Shown: positions 56,216 through 64,000 of the stretch, piece by piece | Layout of the letters: every line of letters starts with the position of its first letter | Numbering within the stretch: position 1 is the stretch's first letter | Source: an uncultured Bacteroidota bacterium | GTDB lineage: Bacteria; Bacteroidota; Bacteroidia; NS11-12g; UBA9320 | Direction: 5' to 3' | Length of the DNA stretch: 64,000 nt | Assembly (NCBI GenBank): GCA_913050005.1 | Contig: CAJXBI010000004.1 | Coordinates: 3,116 to 67,115 of the forward strand | The notes under the pieces: model-generated | The model's input: the letters and a program-made list of their open reading frames with translations, nothing else | Databases searched by the model: none | Told to the model about the DNA's origin: nothing | Translations under genes and position numbers: made by a program

Positions 56216-56980
56216 ATGCTAATAGATACCCACGCTCATCTATATTCTGATGATTTTACTTACGATATTGATGATGTGATTCATCGCGCTAAACATGTTG
56301 GATTGAGTCATATTCTTTTACCTAATATCGATTGTGATAGTATTAAATCTTTAAATAAGCTAGTTGCTAGGGATAATCATTTTTTCAAAAGAATGATGGG
56401 TCTGCACCCCTGTTCAGTAAAGCAAGACTATAGCGAACAATTGGCTGTAATCAAAAATGAATTGGTAACAAATGATTGTATCGCCGTCGGTGAGATTGGT
56501 ATTGATTTATATTGGGACAAAACTTTTCAAAAACAACAAGAGCAGGCATTTTTAGAACAGTGTCAATGGGCAATTGATTTTGATTTACCTATTGCTATTC
56601 ATTCTAGAGAATCTACCGAACGTATTATAGAGCTGATTTCTGCTAATTTCAATACTCGCTTACGTGGAGTTTTTCATTGTTTTGTAGGTAATCGTAAGCA
56701 AGCATTAGATATTATTAACTTAGGATTTTATATTGGTATTGGCGGTGTAATTACTTTTAAAAATTCTCTTCTCAAGTCTGAGTTAGTTAATATTCCTACT
56801 AACCGTATCTTGATTGAAACAGACGCACCGTATTTGGCCCCAGCACCATATAGAGGAAAGAGAAATGAATCATCCTATGTAACCGAGGTCGTGAGTGAAT
56901 TATCAAACGTTTTTGACTTATCGATTGGTCAAGTTTCAGAGATTACCACTAAGAATGCATTGCAGTTATTTAATTTATAA
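56216..56980 (+). CDS. TatD-family metal-dependent hydrolase/DNase
   Basis: 254 aa. 'LIDTHAHL', 'GEIGIDLYW', 'PIAIHSRE', 'ILIETDAPYLAP'. Confidence 0.92.
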   Translation: MLIDTHAHLYSDDFTYDIDDVIHRAKHVGLSHILLPNIDCDSIKSLNKLVARDNHFFKRMMGLHPCSVKQDYSEQLAVIKNELVTNDCIAVGEIGIDLYWDKTFQKQQEQAFLEQCQWAIDFDLPIAIHSRESTERIIELISANFNTRLRGVFHCFVGNRKQALDIINLGFYIGIGGVITFKNSLLKSELVNIPTNRILIETDAPYLAPAPYRGKRNESSYVTEVVSELSNVFDLSIGQVSEITTKNALQLFNL

Positions 56981-57000
56981 CCATCTTTGTTAATTAATTT

Positions 57001-57091
57001 GGAGAGGTGTCCGAGTGGCTTAAGGAGCACGCTTGGAAAGCGTGTGTGCATCACAAGTGTACCGAGGGTTCGAATCCCTCTCTCTCCGCCA
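57001..57091 (+). tRNA. tRNA-Ser (anticodon GGA), long variable arm, CCA encoded
   Basis: Hand fold: acceptor GGAGAGG/TCTCTCC, anticodon stem CACGC/GCGTG with loop TTGGAAA, long variable arm TGTGCATCACAAGTGTAC, T-arm GAGGG-TTCGAAT-CCCTC, GCCA 3' end. Confidence 0.9.
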
Positions 57092-57108
57092 CTTATTTCA
57101 GTATATTC

Positions 57109-57852
57109 ATGATTAAAAATCAAGTATTTATTTTCATACTTTTTATATTTTGGATGATTGCCTCTAGTTGGTTTTATATCACTGAAATAAAAGAGGTATA
57201 TCCTAATAGATATAATATGTCTAAAAGTAAATATCCTGTTTTTTTCAAGTATTCAGATTCCGAAGTTCAATTAGGTAAGGAGTTTAACTTATTTAAAGAT
57301 TTTACTATTGAAAAATTAGGGCTTAATGATCGTCTTCTAATTACGGGTAGTTATACACTAAATGAACAAAATAAAACACCACAACCAAACTTAGGTATTG
57401 CTAGAGCAATAAATGCTAGCAGTTTATTTTATAATTTAAAAAAATCTCAAATAATAACCAACTCAGAATTAAGAGATAGTAATTATAACCAAGATTTTAA
57501 AAAGGGCCTGTGGCTAAATGCAATTAACTTTAGAATACTCACAAATGATAGTTTTCTCAAAGAAAATGCTTTTGGGGCTAAATTATATCCTAAAGAAGGT
57601 CTCAGTCACCCTAGGATTCAAGCTTATCTTAAATACATTGCTATAGAAAATTGGGATTGTCAGTTTAATATTCTTGAAGTAAACAATAGTAGTTTTGACA
57701 GCATTTATTTACATAGTATTTCTGTTAAAAATCAGCTTTTGTTAAATGGTATAAACTCTATGCAGATTAATATTCTTCCAACAATCATTGACTCAACTCA
57801 AAATTCTTATTTAGATATTTGTATTAATAAATCCAAGTTCAATGAATACTGA
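57109..57852 (+). CDS. Hypothetical membrane-anchored protein
   Basis: Start moved to ATG 57109 because the track ORF from 57007 runs through the tRNA. N-terminal TM 'VFIFILFIFWMIASSWFYI'. Weak OmpA-like stretch 'ITGSYT...NLGIARAINASSLF'. Confidence 0.45.
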   Translation: MIKNQVFIFILFIFWMIASSWFYITEIKEVYPNRYNMSKSKYPVFFKYSDSEVQLGKEFNLFKDFTIEKLGLNDRLLITGSYTLNEQNKTPQPNLGIARAINASSLFYNLKKSQIITNSELRDSNYNQDFKKGLWLNAINFRILTNDSFLKENAFGAKLYPKEGLSHPRIQAYLKYIAIENWDCQFNILEVNNSSFDSIYLHSISVKNQLLLNGINSMQINILPTIIDSTQNSYLDICINKSKFNEY

Positions 57853-58063
57853 AAAAATTTTTGAAGGTCCAGGACAATCTTCTATGGAAACATATATTAT
57901 AGAGATTGTAATAATGTTATTGATTGCTTTTTTATTCGGTTACTTTTTTTGTGCTCTAATAAAAGACTCTCAAAAAAAATTAGTCAAAAAATTAGAGATT
58001 GAAAACCAAGAATTAAAAAATAAGTTATTTGTTAATACTGAAAAAGAGAGTAACAAAACTTGA
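57842..58063 (+). CDS. Small TM + coiled-coil protein, unknown function
   Basis: 73 aa. One TM 'IIEIVIMLLIAFLFGYFFCALI', then 'KKLEIENQELKNKL'. Overlaps the upstream gene by 11 nt. Confidence 0.4.
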   Translation: MNTEKIFEGPGQSSMETYIIEIVIMLLIAFLFGYFFCALIKDSQKKLVKKLEIENQELKNKLFVNTEKESNKT

Positions 58064-58072
58064 GCTTAGAAT

Positions 58073-58567
58073 TTATGATTGTTTGATATTATTGATATAA
58101 TTTGTGCTGCTATGACCATCTAAAAATGGAATAACTACTACTTCCCCTCCACTATTTTTGATAAAATCGGCACCCACAATTGTTTGCAATGAGTAATCTC
58201 CACCTTTAACCAATACGTCAGGTCCAAGTGATTTGATAAGTTCAATTGGCGTTTTTTCACCAAAGAGTATTACTGCGTCAACAAAAGCAAAAGAGGCAAG
58301 TTTCGCTAATCTGGTTGACTCCTCAATTATAGGTCTACTCGGACCTTTAATTTTGGATACCGAATAGTCCGTATTAACTCCAATTATAAGTCGATTACCT
58401 AAATCTGCTGCTTTTGTAAGATAATCAATATGTCCAAGATGTAAAATGTCAAAACACCCGTTTGTGAAAACAATTTTATCTTTGGATTCTTTCCATTTTG
58501 AAATAGTTTGAACTAGTGAGGTTGTGGATTGAAATATTTTATCACTGATGATTTTATTCCATTTCAT
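58073..58567 (-). CDS. Cytidylyltransferase-fold nucleotidyltransferase (RfaE domain II / heptose-1-phosphate adenylyltransferase-like)
   Basis: 'VFTNGCFDILHLGHIDYL' (HxGH) and 'VKGGDY'. I prefer ATG 58567 ('MKWNKIISD'); the track ORF starts at 58624. Confidence 0.8.
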   Translation of the reverse strand: MKWNKIISDKIFQSTTSLVQTISKWKESKDKIVFTNGCFDILHLGHIDYLTKAADLGNRLIIGVNTDYSVSKIKGPSRPIIEESTRLAKLASFAFVDAVILFGEKTPIELIKSLGPDVLVKGGDYSLQTIVGADFIKNSGGEVVVIPFLDGHSSTNYINNIKQS

Positions 58568-59549
58568 TATTGTTTGCTTTTTTAAGTTTAAATATAACGT
58601 AAACTGTAGAGAATATTCCAACACAAAAAATTACCAGAAATTGAATTGCATGTGTCATTAACGTGTATGAATCTGCAACAGACGAGCTTACACCATATAT
58701 ATTTAGTGCTTCAGGTACAATTACTTCAAAGGTTCCTATTCCACCAGGTATTGGAATAATCATAGCAATGGTCCCAAATAAAAGTACGGTGAAGCCCGCA
58801 GAAATACCTAAATGTGCTGTACCGTCAAAGGCATAAAATATTAAGAATGGCATTAAGAAATACATAGTCCATATCATTAAACTATATGCAATAAACAAAC
58901 CTTTGCGACGTAATGAGTATATAGTTTTTATACCGTCAATAATCCCATATATAAAGGTTTTAAATTTTTGAATAATTGGTATTCTATAAAACCAATTTCT
59001 TTTTAAATAAGCGAGGTAAATTGCAATTACAAATACAGTAATTAAACCAAGTAAGATAATTATTGACGGAATATTTTGGTTTAATAGTAATTTCTGAACG
59101 AAGTCAATGATGAGTTGGAATTGAATAACAAAAATGATACCAGCCAGAAATAGCGTTATAAAAATATCAACAACACGCTCAATTAATACAGTGCCTAAAA
59201 GTTTATTGAATGGTATTTTTTCTAGTTTTCCAAGAATAGCAGGCCGGGTGATTTCTCCAACACGAGGAAGTGCCATATTTACCAAATAACCTATTATTAC
59301 AGCATGAAAGCTATTGACTGTTGAAGCTTTATAGTTCATTGGTTCTAATAAAAGATTCCATCTTAATGCTCTTAATAAGTGGCTTATAACTCCACAAAAC
59401 ACAGATAAACCTACCCAAAACAAGTTCACCTGCTTAATTTGACCCCACAACTCGTCGGTGTCTTGATTCATAATAGCCCAATAAAACAATACTCCTCCGA
59501 GGGTTAGAAAAACTAGGGTATTAATTGCTGTTTTGGTATTTTTAGTCAA
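58554..59549 (-). CDS. UPF0104 / lysylphosphatidylglycerol-synthase-type transmembrane (flippase-like) domain protein
   Basis: 331-aa polytopic protein. '[11 protein letters not shown]', '[10 protein letters not shown]', '[10 protein letters not shown]' patterns recalled for this family. Confidence 0.65.
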   Translation of the reverse strand: MTKNTKTAINTLVFLTLGGVLFYWAIMNQDTDELWGQIKQVNLFWVGLSVFCGVISHLLRALRWNLLLEPMNYKASTVNSFHAVIIGYLVNMALPRVGEITRPAILGKLEKIPFNKLLGTVLIERVVDIFITLFLAGIIFVIQFQLIIDFVQKLLLNQNIPSIIILLGLITVFVIAIYLAYLKRNWFYRIPIIQKFKTFIYGIIDGIKTIYSLRRKGLFIAYSLMIWTMYFLMPFLIFYAFDGTAHLGISAGFTVLLFGTIAMIIPIPGGIGTFEVIVPEALNIYGVSSSVADSYTLMTHAIQFLVIFCVGIFSTVYVIFKLKKANNNEME

Positions 59550-59895
59550 GAATAAGTTTGTTGTTTTTGTCTGGGAAAGCTAAATAAGGTTTAAATATTT
59601 TTGCTTTTTCAAAATCCATTTGAGCAAATGACATAATGATAATAATGTCACCTTTAGAGGCTTTTCTTGCTGCTGCCCCATTTAGGCAGATCATACCACT
59701 TCCGCGTTTACCTATAATGACATAGGTTTCGATTCGCTCTCCGTTATTATTATTTACGATAAGTACTTTTTCGCCTTCTATAATATTTGAAGCCTCCATA
59801 AGATCTTGATCAATGGTAATACTACCAACATAATCAAGCTCAGTTTGGGTGATTTTAGCTCGATGAATCTTTGATTTTAATACTTCGATAATCAT
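59542..59895 (-). CDS. panD: Aspartate 1-decarboxylase (pyruvoyl-dependent)
   Basis: 117 aa. '[23 protein letters not shown]' with a Gly-Ser self-cleavage site. Confidence 0.95.
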   Translation of the reverse strand: MIIEVLKSKIHRAKITQTELDYVGSITIDQDLMEASNIIEGEKVLIVNNNNGERIETYVIIGKRGSGMICLNGAAARKASKGDIIIIMSFAQMDFEKAKIFKPYLAFPDKNNKLILD

Positions 59896-59952
59896 AAGAT
59901 TTAATGGTTTACAAAGTTAGGTTTATTTGATGGATAAGTGAATTAGCCTATA

Positions 59953-61302
59953 TTAATTTATAACTAGAGAGAAAAATTGTCTTACATCAGAAATTTTGTG
60001 AATTTTTATAGAATAATCATTTTGACGAATATCTATTTGATCACTTAAAATAAAATCACTAAAGCCTAATTTTTCTGCTTCTTTTACACGTTGGTCTATT
60101 CGATTTACACCTCGTATTTCACCACTTAATCCAATTTCTCCAGCAAATACCATTTTATTTGAAAGGGCAGTATTTTCAAAACTTGAAATTATAGATGCAG
60201 CTATTCCTAAATCTGTTGCTGGATCATTGATTTTAAGACCACCCGCTATATTGACAAAAATATCTTGTTGAGATAGTTTATATCCGCATCTTTTCTCTAA
60301 TACAGCCAATAGCATATTTAACCGCTTAATATCATAACCATTGGTATTTCTTTGTGGATTACCATAGACTGCATTACTAACCAAAGCTTGAGTTTCAATT
60401 AGCAAACTTCGATTACCCTCGAGCGAGGCTACAACACTAACTCCAGAAAGATTTTCGCTACGTTGATTAATAAGAATTTCGGAGGGATTATCTACTTCTC
60501 GCATTCCTTTGGAAGTCATTTCGTAAATGCCGAGTTCTAGCGAATTACCAAATCGATTTTTAAGTGTTCGTAATATTCGGTAATTATTCTGGGTTTCTCC
60601 TTCAAACTGTAAAACAGTATCTACCATATGTTCTAATAATTTAGGCCCCGCTAATTGACCTTCTTTAGTGATATGACCAACTAATATAATAGGTGTTTCG
60701 TGTTGTTTTGCAAACTGAACTAGTAGAGCACAACTCTCTCTAACTTGGGAAATAGTGCCTGGTGTAGAATCAAGGTACTTGCTGTAAATTGTTTGTATAG
60801 AGTCTATAATTACAAATGAGGGTTTTATCTCGTTTAATTTATTAGTGATTTTTTCAACGCAAGTTTCATTTAGTAAGAGGCAATTTTCGTTCGTCACACC
60901 AATTCTGTCAGCTCTCATTTTAATTTGTGTAAGACTCTCCTCACCACTCACATAGAGTGCTTTCTTATTCATTCGAAGTGCAGTTTGGAGCAGAAGTGTT
61001 GATTTGCCAATACCTGGCTCACCACCCAATAGGATGACTGATCCGGGAACAATCCCACCTCCCAAAACCCGATTTAATTCAGTACCAGGTGCTTTTAACC
61101 GTTTTAGCTCATAGGCCTCAATATTTAATATCGGAGTAACTACCCCATCAATCTCATTGAGGTTTATCACTGTATTCTTTGATTTTTTAACGGTCTCTTC
61201 TTGAATCGTATTATACTCTCCACATGAGAAACACTTTCCCATCATTTTTGCATAATTGCTTCCACAATTAGAGCATATGTAAATAGACTTCGTTTTAGCC
61301 AT
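59953..61302 (-). CDS. radA: DNA repair protein RadA/Sms
   Basis: Zn finger 'YICSNCGS...CFSCGE', 'GGEPGIGKSTLLLQ', KNRFG ('LKNRFGNS'), Lon-like C-terminus. ATG 61302 ('MAKTKSIY') preferred over TTG 61308. Confidence 0.95.
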   Translation of the reverse strand: MAKTKSIYICSNCGSNYAKMMGKCFSCGEYNTIQEETVKKSKNTVINLNEIDGVVTPILNIEAYELKRLKAPGTELNRVLGGGIVPGSVILLGGEPGIGKSTLLLQTALRMNKKALYVSGEESLTQIKMRADRIGVTNENCLLLNETCVEKITNKLNEIKPSFVIIDSIQTIYSKYLDSTPGTISQVRESCALLVQFAKQHETPIILVGHITKEGQLAGPKLLEHMVDTVLQFEGETQNNYRILRTLKNRFGNSLELGIYEMTSKGMREVDNPSEILINQRSENLSGVSVVASLEGNRSLLIETQALVSNAVYGNPQRNTNGYDIKRLNMLLAVLEKRCGYKLSQQDIFVNIAGGLKINDPATDLGIAASIISSFENTALSNKMVFAGEIGLSGEIRGVNRIDQRVKEAEKLGFSDFILSDQIDIRQNDYSIKIHKISDVRQFFSLVIN

Positions 61303-61404
61303 TCTCAATTTTACAATTTATATAGCGAAAATGGCTTTTTTTATCAATTTAGTATAAGAATATTTTACAGATTAAAATTTCACATTAAAATATTAATTTG
61401 AAAT

Positions 61405-61420
61405 TTCCTTTGCAAAGGAA
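61405..61420. promoter_or_regulatory. Perfect 16-bp palindrome TTCCTTTGCAAAGGAA in the radA/exbB divergent intergenic region
   Basis: Read directly. It lies 9 nt upstream of a TATTTTTG (TAnnTTTG) box at 61429-61436 and 42 nt upstream of the exbB ATG. Confidence 0.3.
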
Positions 61421-61461
61421 GAATTATCTATTTTTGTCGCCGATACGAAAAAAATAATAAA

Positions 61462-62298
61462 ATGAAAAAAATCACATCGTTATTAATGTTACTATGTTTA
61501 ATTACATTTAGTACACAAACAGCTTTTGCTGATGAGGATGCAGTTAATGATACTACAACTGAATTTATTGACTCATCGTCAACTGTTACTGATGACTCTG
61601 CTACAACTGTTGTTGAAGAAGAAATCATAACAGAAGAAGCAGTAGAAGAGGAAGAAGAAAGCGGTCTTCAAGTTCTTAAGAAAAAATTTATTGAGGGTGG
61701 TGCCGGATTTATGTCGCTTCCGCTAATTTGTTTGATTCTGGGATTAGCTATTGCAATCGAACGAATTATATCTTTATTCTTCATGAGCATTAATAATGAC
61801 GAATTTGTTGAGAGTATTGAAAAAGAAGTTTCAGCTGGGAATCTTGACGCTGCAAAGGAAATTTGCAGAAACACAAGAGGACCTGTTGCAAGTATATTTT
61901 ACCAAGGATTAGATAGAGCAGATCAAGGTTCTATTGATGTGGTAGAAAAATCAGTAGTGAGTTACGGATCTGTTCAAATGGGTCAACTTGAAAAAGGCCT
62001 TGTTTGGTTATCATTATTCATTGCATTAGCACCAATGCTTGGTTTCATGGGTACAGTAATCGGTATGATTGATGCTTTCGATGCCATCAAAGCGGCTGGT
62101 GATATTTCACCAAGTGTTGTGGCAGATGGTATTTCTGTTGCACTTTTAACTACAGTTGCAGGTCTTATAGTTGCTATTATCCTTCAAATATTTTACAATT
62201 TTATAACTTCTAAAATTGATGGTATTGTAAATGGAATGGAAGATGCCTCTATTTCTTTGGTTGATATACTCGTAAAAAATAAAGTAGTAAAAGCATAA
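61462..62298 (+). CDS. exbB: MotA/TolQ/ExbB proton-channel protein with signal peptide and acidic N-terminal extension
   Basis: 278 aa. 'MKKITSLLMLLCLITFSTQTAFA' followed by a D/E/T-rich ~45 aa. C-terminal 'LAPMLGFMGTVIGMI' and 'ALLTTVAGLIVAI'. Confidence 0.88.
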   Translation: MKKITSLLMLLCLITFSTQTAFADEDAVNDTTTEFIDSSSTVTDDSATTVVEEEIITEEAVEEEEESGLQVLKKKFIEGGAGFMSLPLICLILGLAIAIERIISLFFMSINNDEFVESIEKEVSAGNLDAAKEICRNTRGPVASIFYQGLDRADQGSIDVVEKSVVSYGSVQMGQLEKGLVWLSLFIALAPMLGFMGTVIGMIDAFDAIKAAGDISPSVVADGISVALLTTVAGLIVAIILQIFYNFITSKIDGIVNGMEDASISLVDILVKNKVVKA

Positions 62299-62299
62299 T

Positions 62300-62716
62300 A
62301 TGTTTAAGTCAGGAAGAGTAATTTTTTATTCAATAGTTGTTGTCCTAGTTTTTATCTTTTTAATACTAGTTTCTAAAGATGATTACGCAGGAAGCGAGAT
62401 GGGAATTTGGCTAGCTATATTGCTTGCTTTTGGAGCAATGTTATCTATCGTTGTTTCTTCTGTTATTCACTTAAAGAATAACCCAAAATCAGCAAAAAGC
62501 CTATTAATGGGTGTTGGAGCAATCTTACTTGTATGCCTAGTTAGTTACTTTATCTCATCAGGAAATTTAGGAGACGATTATGAAAAATATAATATCACAA
62601 CAGAGAGTCAGTCTAGATTTATAGATATGGGTTTATACCTTACTATATTTCTTGGATTTACGGCTGTAGTTTCAATAATTGTATCAGAAGCAGTAGCTCT
62701 ATTAAAAAAACAATAA
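62300..62716 (+). CDS. Hypothetical 4-TM membrane protein within the exbB-exbD operon
   Basis: 138 aa with four hydrophobic helices. There is a 1-nt gap to exbB, and it abuts the next start. Confidence 0.5.
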   Translation: MFKSGRVIFYSIVVVLVFIFLILVSKDDYAGSEMGIWLAILLAFGAMLSIVVSSVIHLKNNPKSAKSLLMGVGAILLVCLVSYFISSGNLGDDYEKYNITTESQSRFIDMGLYLTIFLGFTAVVSIIVSEAVALLKKQ

Positions 62717-63271
62717 ATGGGAAGTAGAAGAAGAGATATTCCAGAAATAAACGCCGGTTCAATGGCGGATATCGCCTTCTTGTTATTAGTATTTTTTTTG
62801 GTAACCACTACCATGGATATTCCTACTGGACTTCAAGTGGCGTTACCTCCAATTTCTGAGGAGCCACCAGAAGATAGCAAGCAAAAAAAACGAGAAGTTT
62901 TAGAAGTATTAGTGAATGCTGCAGATCAGCTTTTAGTTGAAGGATCACCTCTTACTATTGACAGACTTCAACAAAAAACCATTGATCACCTTACAAATGA
63001 AGGCAAAGATCCTACGTTGTCAACTACATCTACTGCAGCTATTGTATCGTTGAAGAATGATCGCGGAACATCATATGACATGTATGTTCAAGTGTACAAT
63101 GAATTGACAGCTGCTTATAATCGTGTTAGAAATGATTATTCTATGCAAGAGTACGGAAAGTCTTACAAAGATCTTGATCCTCAGAGAGATAAGGATAAAA
63201 TAAAGGCGGTAAAGAAAAAATACCCTAGAAAATTATCAGAAGCTGAACCAGTTAGTATAGGAGGCGAATAA
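62717..63271 (+). CDS. exbD: ExbD/TolR-family biopolymer transport protein
   Basis: 184 aa. 'INAGSMADIAFLLLVFFLVTT' N-terminal TM signature. Confidence 0.85.
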   Translation: MGSRRRDIPEINAGSMADIAFLLLVFFLVTTTMDIPTGLQVALPPISEEPPEDSKQKKREVLEVLVNAADQLLVEGSPLTIDRLQQKTIDHLTNEGKDPTLSTTSTAAIVSLKNDRGTSYDMYVQVYNELTAAYNRVRNDYSMQEYGKSYKDLDPQRDKDKIKAVKKKYPRKLSEAEPVSIGGE

Positions 63272-63732
63272 TGGCAAAATTTAAAAAAGATGGTGGACGT
63301 CCCACCCCGGCTATAAATACATCTGCATTACCAGATATTGTTTTCATGTTACTTTTCTTTTTCATGGTAGCTACCAAGATGAGGGATAAGGAAATGAAAG
63401 TTAAAACCCAGCTTCCAACAGCTACTGAGGTAGAAAAACTAGAAAAAAAATCTAGACTTCACTACATTTTCGTAGGACCTCCTCTTAACGCAGAGTTTGG
63501 AACATCCCCAAGAGTTCAGCTCGACGATGCTTTTGCGACTGTGGATGATATCCAGCAATATATTACCCTTAAGAATGGTGAAAAGGATGAAAAAGAAGTT
63601 CCTTTTATGACTACTTCTCTTAAGGCTGATAAAACAGTTAAAATGGGAATTATTACTGATATTAAACAGGAACTCAGACAAGTAAATGCACTAAAATTAA
63701 GTTATACGGCATCCAAAGAAGTCAAAGATTAA
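63271..63732 (+). CDS. exbD: ExbD/TolR-family biopolymer transport protein (second copy)
   Basis: 153 aa. 'INTSALPDIVFMLLFFFMV'. The start overlaps the upstream stop by 1 nt (TAATG). Confidence 0.85.
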   Translation: MAKFKKDGGRPTPAINTSALPDIVFMLLFFFMVATKMRDKEMKVKTQLPTATEVEKLEKKSRLHYIFVGPPLNAEFGTSPRVQLDDAFATVDDIQQYITLKNGEKDEKEVPFMTTSLKADKTVKMGIITDIKQELRQVNALKLSYTASKEVKD

Positions 63733-63753
63733 TTAGCTAATCTTTAAATTATT

Positions 63754-63778
63754 AAAGAGAGCTTTTGCTCTCTTTTTT
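63754..63778 (+). terminator. Rho-independent terminator after the exbD pair
   Basis: AAAGAGAGC-tttt-GCTCTCTTT followed by a T-run. Confidence 0.8.
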
Positions 63779-63815
63779 GTTTTAGACCTTTCAATTGTGC
63801 TATTCGATTCATTAC

Positions 63816-64000
63816 GTGAAGGAAGAAACATTATCTTATATTAAATCACCGATTCAAGAAGAACTAAAAATCTTTGAAAAGAAGTTTAGGTCGAGTGTAA
63901 AAAGTAATGTTTCATTGCTAGATACCATCATGAATTATATTGTAAAACGAAAAGGAAAGCAAATGCGACCTATTTTAGTTTTACATTGTGCTAAACTATT
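63816..64000 (+). CDS. Polyprenyl diphosphate synthase, N-terminal fragment (continues beyond window)
   Basis: My translation gives (V)KEETLSYIKSPIQEELKIFEKKFRSSVKSNVSLLDTIMNYIVKRKGKQMRPILVLHCAKL, a typical IspB-family N-terminus. The start is either GTG 63816 or TTG 63795. Confidence 0.75.
   Translation, partial: MKEETLSYIKSPIQEELKIFEKKFRSSVKSNVSLLDTIMNYIVKRKGKQMRPILVLHCAKL

Noticed and set aside
57007-57108. N-terminal 34 codons of the track ORF 57007..57852
   Set aside because: This stretch is the tRNA-Ser gene read as protein (MSEWLKEHAWKAC...). The real CDS most likely starts at ATG 57109, after the tRNA.
56929-57123. 64-aa minus-strand ORF
   Set aside because: It lies antisense to the tRNA-Ser and the TatD 3' end, so it is a spurious translation of a structured RNA gene. 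The same applies to the 91-aa plus-strand ORF 37964..38239, which runs over tRNA-Gln and the recQ 3' end.
1-64000. CRISPR arrays, IS elements, prophage, toxin-antitoxin or known defence systems
   Set aside because: Scanning the ORF products and intergenic regions, I found no transposase, integrase, recombinase or Cas-like protein, and no short spaced direct repeats. The only tandem repeats are protein-coding domain repeats (TSP3, PKD, Ig-like).

Overview
AT-rich chromosomal segment that looks like Bacteroidota, probably a Flavobacteriia-like organism. The basis is three large proteins ending in Por/T9SS C-terminal sorting domains, a short 287-aa primary sigma factor, TAnnTTTG-type -7 boxes upstream of several genes, and a MerR/B12-crtI-crtB-crtZ-lycopene-cyclase pigment cluster. 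I can support about 60 protein genes, 2 tRNAs (Gln-UUG, Ser-GGA) and several rho-independent terminators. I saw no rRNA, CRISPR array, transposase, integrase, phage gene or recognisable defence system, so this is mostly core genome. Housekeeping content includes pgk, thiL, a lipid-synthesis run (yceD-like, rpmF, plsX, fabH, accB, accC), pdxA, rpoD, rplY, prs, recQ, tdk, panD, radA and exbB/exbD. Candidates worth a second look: (1) a three-gene ECF-sigma module (10223-14434) whose middle gene combines a short cytoplasmic tail, one TM helix, a low-complexity linker and an outer-membrane-type beta-barrel, coupled to a propeller-like T9SS cargo gene. This is my best candidate for an undescribed signalling system. 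(2) A translationally coupled kdsD-manC-SGNH-MBOAT cluster, followed by a 4-TM protein coupled to a radical SAM/SPASM enzyme (40355-46621). (3) A single-chain UvrD-type helicase fused to a Cas4/AddB-type Cys-stapled PD-(D/E)XK nuclease. (4) A CarH-type B12 photoreceptor signature in the regulator of the carotenoid operon. (5) An arginase-fold protein whose metal ligands appear degenerate. (6) An overlapping panD / UPF0104 / cytidylyltransferase operon. All functional calls come from reading the translated ORFs and motifs by eye. No database search was run.
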